A stretch of DNA of 40,828 nucleotides, from assembly GCA_029938235.1 (NCBI GenBank), contig JAOZVH010000003.1, positions 1 through 40,828 on the forward strand. Reading direction: 5' to 3'. The DNA is from Bacteroidales bacterium. Its GTDB lineage: Bacteria > Bacteroidota > Bacteroidia > Bacteroidales > 4572-128. The translations under genes were made by a program, and so were the position numbers. The notes beneath the pieces were generated by a model. The model had not been told where the DNA came from and did not search any database. It saw nothing but the letters and a program-made list of their open reading frames with translations. Of the stretch, positions 34,704 through 40,828 are shown one piece after another; position 1 is the stretch's first letter; the number at the start of each line of letters is the position of its first letter.

Positions 34704-35993
34704 TTACCAAGAAAAAGCTTCTTCTTTTAACCATTTATTCTGAGAACGTAAAACCTGCTCAATTACATCTCTGACACAAGTTTCGCCGCCTTTTTTATCT
34801 GAAATATATTTAGAAATTTTTATAATTTCTTCCGAAGCATCAGATGGACAAGTTGGCATTCCGACAATTTTCATTATTTCATAATCTGGAATATCATCAC
34901 CCATATATAAAACTTCATTTGGCGACAATTCATATTTTGATAAAAAATCCTCAAAATCAGTTAATTTATGATGTGAAGCTAAATAAATGTCTGTAAGTCC
35001 AAGTTTTTTAAATCGCATCTCGACAGATTTTGAATTTCCACCTGTAATAATTGCGATGGGAAAACCTTTTTTTATTGCATATTGAACAGCGTAACCGTCC
35101 TTTGTGTTCATAGAACGTAACATATCGCCATCAACATAAAGCATAACATTTGAAGTAAAAACTCCATCAACGTCAAAAGCAAATGCTTTTATTTTTTTTA
35201 AATATTCTTTATTAAAACTCATATTTTTATTTTGTAATTTACAAATATCGTCGCTGACAAAATTATAAATTTTATTCCAATTAGAAGAATAAAAATTTAA
35301 TTTTTCTTTATGTTTTTTCATAATATTTTTATCCTTTCTAATTGCTGGTCCCGTTTGAACTTTTAAAGGCAAATTTTTTTCAATTTTTTTTGAAGTTTCA
35401 AAAATTAACGGTCTTAAAATGTCAAAGGGAATATTATTTTTTTTTAAAATTTCATTAGAAATGGCATAAAAATGATTTACAAAATTACAAGAAAAAGTAG
35501 CAGATAAATGTAAAATTTCTCTTTTTTCTGAGTTTACAAAAAATATTCTATAAGAAATTTTTTTTGCTAAATTTTCAAGAATTTTTAAATTTTTTTTATT
35601 ATTCGCTTCTAAACAAATTGGAACATTTTTGAAATCAATATATGTATTTTTTGAAAAAGTTTGCAATGGATAAAAAACACCAAAATTTTTCGTGTAATTT
35701 TGAAAAATATTTATTCCTAAACTTCCTGCTGTATGAACGAAAAATTTATTTTTTAAATTTATTTTTTCCAAAATGTCTTTTATAAATTCATCTTTCAAAG
35801 AAAAAATATATAAATCAGCATTTTTACAAATTTTATTTAAATCATTTGTAAAATCTGTTTTTAAAAAATTTGCAAGAATTTTAGCAGATTTTTTTGTTCT
35901 ACTAAAAATTTGCAAAATTTCATTTTTTTGAAAGGATAAATTTTTTGCTAGATGTGTAGCAAGATTTCCTGCTCCAAGAATAACTATTCTCAT
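34704..35993 (-). CDS. kdsC: fusion protein: Rossmann/DUF2520-like N-terminal half + KDO-8-phosphate phosphatase (KdsC, HAD-IIIA) C-terminal half
   Basis: N-terminus MRIVILGAGNLATHLAKNL. C-terminus AFDVDGVFT...TKDGYA...IITGGNS...MGDDIPD...GGETCVRDVIE. Confidence 0.75.
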   Translation of the reverse strand: MRIVILGAGNLATHLAKNLSFQKNEILQIFSRTKKSAKILANFLKTDFTNDLNKICKNADLYIFSLKDEFIKDILEKINLKNKFFVHTAGSLGINIFQNYTKNFGVFYPLQTFSKNTYIDFKNVPICLEANNKKNLKILENLAKKISYRIFFVNSEKREILHLSATFSCNFVNHFYAISNEILKKNNIPFDILRPLIFETSKKIEKNLPLKVQTGPAIRKDKNIMKKHKEKLNFYSSNWNKIYNFVSDDICKLQNKNMSFNKEYLKKIKAFAFDVDGVFTSNVMLYVDGDMLRSMNTKDGYAVQYAIKKGFPIAIITGGNSKSVEMRFKKLGLTDIYLASHHKLTDFEDFLSKYELSPNEVLYMGDDIPDYEIMKIVGMPTCPSDASEEIIKISKYISDKKGGETCVRDVIEQVLRSQNKWLKEEAFSW

Positions 35994-36135
35994 AAAATAT
36001 TTTTTTTTCTTAAAAAGACGAAATTTTTTTTACAATTTTTATATACAATTTTTTCACAAAAAATTATAAGAACTAAAATATATATTCTTTATTTATATAA
36101 AATTAAAAAATTTTCGAAATTTTTCAAATATATTT

Positions 36136-36486
36136 TTATTTGATAATTACATCTTCGTAATAAGTTTCATCTTCTTTTAAAATTAAAACTCCTTTTCCAA
36201 CTCTGAGCTTTGAAGCATCACTTTTTTCAACTCTAATATCAAGTATTGCCTCATATTCAGATTCAAAATATACTTTTCCATGAACATCTGTATAACGAAC
36301 TTCATCAATGATATTATTATCATTATCATTTTCAACCCAAATTCTTACTTTTGCATAAAAAACAACCAGACTATCAGTATCAAAAACAGTTATAACCGCC
36401 TTTGGATTATCAACATCTTTTGAGCAATTAGAAAAAAATAAAATTCCAAATGACATGAAAATACTAATTAAAATTAAATTTTTCAT
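36136..36486 (-). CDS. small lipoprotein of unknown function
   Basis: Lipobox ...FFSNC. 116 stop-free codons. Confidence 0.5.
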   Translation of the reverse strand: MKNLILISIFMSFGILFFSNCSKDVDNPKAVITVFDTDSLVVFYAKVRIWVENDNDNNIIDEVRYTDVHGKVYFESEYEAILDIRVEKSDASKLRVGKGVLILKEDETYYEDVIIK

Positions 36487-36575
36487 TTTTTTTTTTATTA
36501 TTAAATATTTTTTTTTATTATTGTAAATAATTTATTTTTCACAAATAAATAAAATTTTTACGAATTTTTAAAATT

Positions 36576-37238
36576 ATGAAAAAAATAATTTTTGTTTTAA
36601 TATCTTTTTTTTATTTTTCTTGTTATTTACAAGGACAAAAAAAATCTACTATTGTTCTAATAAAAACAAGTTTAGGAGATATGAAAATTGAACTTTATGA
36701 TGAAACTCCTTTACATAAGGAAAATTTCATAAAATTGGTTAATGAAAATTTTTATAATGAACTTCTTTTTCACAGAGTTATAAAAAATTTCATGGTACAA
36801 GCTGGTGATCCAAATTCCAAAAACGCGAAAAAAGGTGCTCGTTTAGGAAATGGTGGAACAAATTATAAAATTCCTGCGGAATTCAATAAAAAATTTTTTC
36901 ATAAAAAGGGTGCTCTTGCTGCTGCAAGACAAGGGGATAATATAAATCCACAAAAAATGTCTTCTGGGTGTCAATTTTATATTGTTCAAGGCAATGTTTA
37001 TACGATGGAAAAATTAAAATCTTTCGAGGCACGTATGAAAATGCCTTTTTCTGAGGAACAAAAAAAGGCTTACACCACATTAGGTGGAACTCCACATTTG
37101 GATTATAATTATACCGTTTTTGGAGAAGTGGTAGAAGGTTTAGATATCATTGACAAAATAGCGTCATCGCAAATAGATAGGGGAAATAGACCTTTGGAAG
37201 ATATTAAAATTATTTCTATAAAAATTTTGCGAAAATAA
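36576..37238 (+). CDS. cyclophilin-type peptidyl-prolyl cis-trans isomerase, secreted
   Basis: Signal peptide plus FHRVIKNFMVQAGDP, SSGCQFYIV and YTVFGEVVEGLDIIDKI. Confidence 0.9.
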   Translation: MKKIIFVLISFFYFSCYLQGQKKSTIVLIKTSLGDMKIELYDETPLHKENFIKLVNENFYNELLFHRVIKNFMVQAGDPNSKNAKKGARLGNGGTNYKIPAEFNKKFFHKKGALAAARQGDNINPQKMSSGCQFYIVQGNVYTMEKLKSFEARMKMPFSEEQKKAYTTLGGTPHLDYNYTVFGEVVEGLDIIDKIASSQIDRGNRPLEDIKIISIKILRK

Positions 37239-37279
37239 ATTTTTTAATTATTTTTACGATTATAAAAATTTCAAATTTT

Positions 37280-39595
37280 ATGAAACCAATTTCTGAAAAA
37301 GACTTGATAAAAAAATTGATTTTGTCTAATAAGATTAACGAAACTATAGAAAGTTTACGCTCTTTATTTTCTCGCTATCTTATAGTAAAAGACAATAATG
37401 ATGAGAGTAAGAAAATAGTAGATAAATTTTATGACGAGCTTTTTATGCTTTCTAATAGATTGTCCGGAATAATAGAGCTAAAAAATCTTGGTATTACAGA
37501 TGATGAAACTTCTGCTAATGCAAAGAAAAATATACAAAATCCCTTATTAAATATTTTGGAAAATCTTCCAAAAGATTTTTATTCTTTTTTAGATAGAGAA
37601 AAGCAAGAGAAAAATATTTGGGAAGAAGCAAAAAATTCTGATGTACTTGGTGATTATAACGAGTATTTGAAAAAATATCCCCGCGGTAAATTTGTTAATG
37701 AAGCTCAATATTTTAAACAAAAGTTAGAAATATTGAAAAAAATTAAAAAAAAGAACATTGAACTTAGTAGGTATGAAGAAATTATTCTTTCTGAACAGAA
37801 AGAAAAAAGAATTTGGGAAAAAACAGTAAAGAAAAATACAATACTGTCATATCAAACATATTTAGATTCTTATTCTTCCGACGGTAAATTTCTTAGCGAA
37901 GCAAAAATTGGTAAGCAAAAGTTAGAAGCTTTAGAATTTAAAAAGCAAAATGAAATTGAACTTGCGGAATTAGAGAAACGAATACAAAATGAACAGGCAG
38001 AAAATCAAGCTTGGAAAATTGCAAATCATAAAGATAAAGTTTCATCTTATGAAGAATATTTAAATAAATATCCATCAGGAAATTTCGCTGAAAAAGCCAG
38101 TAGATTAATTAAAAAAATAGAGAAAAAAAAGGATTTTATTCGTAAAAAGGAGGCATTGAGAAAGGAAGAGGAGCAAAAAGAATTAGCTTCTTGGAATCTT
38201 GCAAATTCAAAAGATACTTTTCTTTCTTATGATATTTATTTAAAAAAATATCCTAATGGAAAATATTCTAAACAAGCTTATGTCTATAAAAAAAGGATAT
38301 TAATCCTACAAAAAAGAAGTAAAGCAGAAGAAGAATTAAGTATTTTGAATGAAATTATAGAAAAAGATGAAAAAGAAAAATTGATGTGGGAAGATGCCAA
38401 AAAGACAAGTTCTATAAATTTGTTTCGTGAATATGTTTCTTCTTATCCAGATGGACGTTTTATTACAAGAGCAAAAAAGATGCTTTTAGATTTGGAAGTA
38501 AAAAAGAGAAAAAGAGAAGAAGAAGAACTAATACGTTCTATAGAATTGAAAGCAGAGCAGGAAAATAGGAAAGAAGAAGAAATTTATATTTCTGAGGATG
38601 AAGAAAAAACAGAGGAGAAAAAATTAACGCCCTTATCAAATTTTAATTTTGATGAAAAAGATGAGAAAATTGAAGAAAATGATATTGCAAAAGAAGGAGA
38701 AGAATTAGACAATTACATAAGAGAAATTGAGAAAAAAAATAAAGAAGATGAAAAAAAATCTGTACAGACTGAAAAAAATATAATAAAACCAGAGGAAAAA
38801 ATAATTTCTGAGAAGGAAAGTTTAGAAAATGAGAATATAAAATATGAAAAAAAGTTAGAGGAAGTAGCAAAAGAGGCAGAAAAAAAAGCAAGGTTAAAAT
38901 ATGAGGTTCAAAAAAAGAAAGACAAAAGAGTATCCAGAAATACAAAAGTTCTTTTTTGGGCAATTACAGTAATGATTATTGCTTGGTTTGCTGCTAATTA
39001 TCTTTTAGATTTTATTGATAAAAGGGGAAAACTGGAGCATGAAAAAGAAGTTGCCTTAGAAGTGCAGCAAGAAAAAATCAAAAGTAAAAGGAATAAAGAT
39101 TCTATAGAAAATGTTCTTGCTATGCAAAGAGAAAAAGGTATTTCTAAGAAAGAAAGCAAAGAGCAAGCACGTCAAGATTCTATAAGAAATCTACAAGAGC
39201 AAGAAAAAGCTAATGAAGAAACTAAACGAATTAAGCAAGAAAATATGGCTTTATTAGAAGATTGGAATAAATTTTCTGATGCATGGAAAAGCATTTTATC
39301 TAAGGCTGGAAAATTTGGAAATAAACCAAGTGCTAATGATTTGAGGAAATTATCTAAGGTTAAAATTTTGAATATTAACGGGAATAAAGATATAAAAAAT
39401 TTAGACCCAATAAATATGTTTCCAAATTTAAGTAAATTAAAAATGGAAAATACTGAAATTAGCGATTTAGAGCCATTGAAAAATTTAGGAAAATTAAAAG
39501 AATTATTTTGTTCTAATTCTAAGGTTTCTAAGGATGTAGTAAGAAGTTTTAGGAAAACTAATCCTAAGTGTTTTGTTGTTTTTGTTCAACAATAA
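37280..39595 (+). CDS. 771-aa single-pass membrane protein: helical N-terminal adaptor-like domain, 5 W-x2-A...Y-x2-YL-x2-YP-x-G repeats, E/K-rich region, TM, coiled coil, C-terminal LRR
   Basis: Repeat tryptophans at residues 114, 179, 245, 305 and 370 (computed from TGG positions). TM VLFWAITVMIIAWFAANYLL at about residue 557. LRR KILNINGNKDIKNLDPINMFPNLSKLKMENTEISDLEPLKNL. Confidence 0.7.
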   Translation: MKPISEKDLIKKLILSNKINETIESLRSLFSRYLIVKDNNDESKKIVDKFYDELFMLSNRLSGIIELKNLGITDDETSANAKKNIQNPLLNILENLPKDFYSFLDREKQEKNIWEEAKNSDVLGDYNEYLKKYPRGKFVNEAQYFKQKLEILKKIKKKNIELSRYEEIILSEQKEKRIWEKTVKKNTILSYQTYLDSYSSDGKFLSEAKIGKQKLEALEFKKQNEIELAELEKRIQNEQAENQAWKIANHKDKVSSYEEYLNKYPSGNFAEKASRLIKKIEKKKDFIRKKEALRKEEEQKELASWNLANSKDTFLSYDIYLKKYPNGKYSKQAYVYKKRILILQKRSKAEEELSILNEIIEKDEKEKLMWEDAKKTSSINLFREYVSSYPDGRFITRAKKMLLDLEVKKRKREEEELIRSIELKAEQENRKEEEIYISEDEEKTEEKKLTPLSNFNFDEKDEKIEENDIAKEGEELDNYIREIEKKNKEDEKKSVQTEKNIIKPEEKIISEKESLENENIKYEKKLEEVAKEAEKKARLKYEVQKKKDKRVSRNTKVLFWAITVMIIAWFAANYLLDFIDKRGKLEHEKEVALEVQQEKIKSKRNKDSIENVLAMQREKGISKKESKEQARQDSIRNLQEQEKANEETKRIKQENMALLEDWNKFSDAWKSILSKAGKFGNKPSANDLRKLSKVKILNINGNKDIKNLDPINMFPNLSKLKMENTEISDLEPLKNLGKLKELFCSNSKVSKDVVRSFRKTNPKCFVVFVQQ

Positions 39596-39617
39596 TTTTT
39601 TTTTAAAAAAATTATAT

Positions 39618-39625
39618 TAATTTTG
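39618..39625 (+). promoter_or_regulatory. candidate -7 box TAATTTTG, 22 nt upstream of the first TerD gene
   Basis: Exact TAnnTTTG match. Confidence 0.3.
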
Positions 39626-39647
39626 AAAAAATTAAAAATTAAAAATT

Positions 39648-40205
39648 ATGAGTGGTTTAACGGCAAAAATAGACTTAACAAAAAAAGGAGATAGTAATCC
39701 CATTGAAATTAAGCAATTGATGGCAACTTTGAAATGGACTTCTGCTGACGATTTTGATTTAGCTGCTGTTTATGTAAAAAAAAACAGTGAATGTGGTCTT
39801 GTTTATTATGGAAATCAAGGTTCGCTTGCGTCATTTCCATATATGGCTCTTGATGAAGATGCTGGAGTTGGGGCTACTGCCGGAGATAATGAGGAAAATT
39901 TGAGGATTTCTAAAATATCCGATATAAAAGAAATTTACCTTGTTTGTTGGGATTTTGAAGCAGCAAAAGTGGGTAAACCTGCAAATTTCAAAAATTCTGA
40001 TGTTAGATTATCTATAAAAGACCAAAATGGAAATGAAGTAGAAGCACATCTTGTTGTGGAAGGTTTTAATTACAATGCTACTGCTGTGGCAAAAATTAAG
40101 GTTAATTCTGCTATGGGAATAGGTGAAATGGTTAATATTTCTAAGGGTTTTGTATTGACAACTAATAGTGATAACGGTAAGGATATTTTAAATAAAATAA
40201 AATAA
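39648..40205 (+). CDS. TerD-domain (tellurium-resistance/general-stress TerD family) protein, paralog 1
   Basis: Collinear by eye with B. subtilis YceD-type TerD proteins: DLTK, LKWTS.DDFDLAA, VYYGN, AGDNEENLRI, DVRLSIKDQNGNEV. Confidence 0.8.
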   Translation: MSGLTAKIDLTKKGDSNPIEIKQLMATLKWTSADDFDLAAVYVKKNSECGLVYYGNQGSLASFPYMALDEDAGVGATAGDNEENLRISKISDIKEIYLVCWDFEAAKVGKPANFKNSDVRLSIKDQNGNEVEAHLVVEGFNYNATAVAKIKVNSAMGIGEMVNISKGFVLTTNSDNGKDILNKIK

Positions 40206-40248
40206 ATTATTTTTTAATATAAAATTAAATTTTTTAAATAAAAAAATT

Positions 40249-40803
40249 ATGGGTTTAGTATCAAAAGTTGAATTGAAAGAAAAAGGAAAAAGCAATCCTA
40301 TTGATGTAAAACAGTTAATGTGCACATTGAAGTGGACTTCTGCTGATGATTTTGATTTGGCAGCAATCTATGTAAAAAATGATAAATCTTTAGGGATGAT
40401 TTTTTACGGAGCAAAAGGTTCATTAGCAACTTTTCCTTATATGTCTTTAGACGAAGACGCAGGAGTTGGTGGAACAGCGGGAGATAATGAGGAAAATTTA
40501 CGCATAGCAAAATTATCTGGTGTAGAAGAAGTTTATCTTGTTTGTTGGGATTTTGAAGCGGCGAGAGCAAGTAAACCTGCAAATTTCAAAAACTCTGACG
40601 TTAGATTGTCTATAAAAGACCAAAACGGAAATGAAGTAGAAGCAACTCTTGTTGTAGATGGAGGAAGTTTTAATGGAACTGTTGTGGCAAAATTATTGGT
40701 AAATGAAAGTATGGGTATGGCAGAAATGGTAAATGTTTCTAAAGGTTTTACTTTGTTAAGTACTGATGATAATGGAAAAAGTATTATTTCACAAGTGAAA
40801 TAA
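40249..40803 (+). CDS. TerD-domain protein, paralog 2
   Basis: Same motifs as paralog 1. Roughly two-thirds or more of residues are identical to it by eye. Confidence 0.8.
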   Translation: MGLVSKVELKEKGKSNPIDVKQLMCTLKWTSADDFDLAAIYVKNDKSLGMIFYGAKGSLATFPYMSLDEDAGVGGTAGDNEENLRIAKLSGVEEVYLVCWDFEAARASKPANFKNSDVRLSIKDQNGNEVEATLVVDGGSFNGTVVAKLLVNESMGMAEMVNVSKGFTLLSTDDNGKSIISQVK

Positions 40804-40828
40804 ATAATTTAAAATTAAAATCTTTTTT

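Noticed and set aside
3736-40582. Antisense or alternative-frame ORFs inside confident genes: 3736-4008, 4937-5185, 5214-5444, 5320-5505, 6140-6352, 6400-6585, 7003-7212, 8030-8302, 10159-10362, 11791-11985, 12575-12967, 12847-13035, 15824-16009, 16687-16890, 17447-17689, 18853-19041, 20811-21008, 22035-22274, 22729-22980, 24326-24670, 24409-24594, 27906-28121, 29479-29733, 36883-37095, 38643-38963, 40298-40582.
   Set aside because: Each lies wholly or largely within a longer ORF with clear family motifs. Their translations are low-complexity (F/L/S/K-rich) mirror readings of the real frame. Several reflect repeats in the true gene, for example 12575-12967 mirrors the helicase tail and 22729-22980 mirrors the LRR.
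1-40828. Alternative genetic code (TGA recoding), as seen in some very AT-rich bacteria.
   Set aside because: All recognisable genes are full length and uninterrupted under the standard code, and the gene ends I checked by eye terminate in TAA. Nothing needs TGA read-through, and the one TGA-related oddity (188-190) involves a frame change rather than read-through.

Overview
This is an extremely AT-rich 40.8-kb chromosomal segment (by eye, low-to-mid 20s %GC). I assign it to a Bacteroidota/FCB-group bacterium, based on T9SS type-A and type-B C-terminal sorting domains, a Bacteroidetes-type LptD-like protein, BatD/DUF4381-like, DUF3108 and GH3-family genes, and TAnnTTTG -7 boxes upstream of many starts. 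I support 30 protein-coding genes. Housekeeping: dapF, rseP, rlmB, ridA, mogA, a DUF2520-kdsC fusion, a DEAD-box helicase, a cyclophilin and a NamZ-like gene. Envelope or secreted: an LptD-like protein, a porin-like barrel, an M1 peptidase, a 3xLTD protein, an LRR protein and lipoproteins. Sensory: one MCP and one HAMP-GAF-PAS protein. Two tandem TerD paralogs sit at the right edge. I saw no rRNA, tRNA, CRISPR array, cas, transposase, integrase or phage gene. The most unusual content is non-coding. (1) A roughly 50-57 bp AT-rich unit with a conserved CG-containing core is tandemly arrayed in seven intergenic regions, about 40-45 units and about 3 kb in total. (2) Two 229-bp MITE-like elements with about 23-bp terminal inverted repeats and 7-8 bp target duplications are inserted at the same position of that unit, in opposite orientations. 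They carry a hairpin whose two arms differ concordantly between the copies. (3) A second small palindromic family built from the heptamer GAATGAG lies at gene 3' ends. The best protein-level candidate for an undescribed system is at the right end: a 771-aa helical-adaptor / W..YP.G-repeat / TM / LRR protein followed by two TerD genes, cut off by the window edge. All family assignments come from motif recognition by eye, since no searches could be run.
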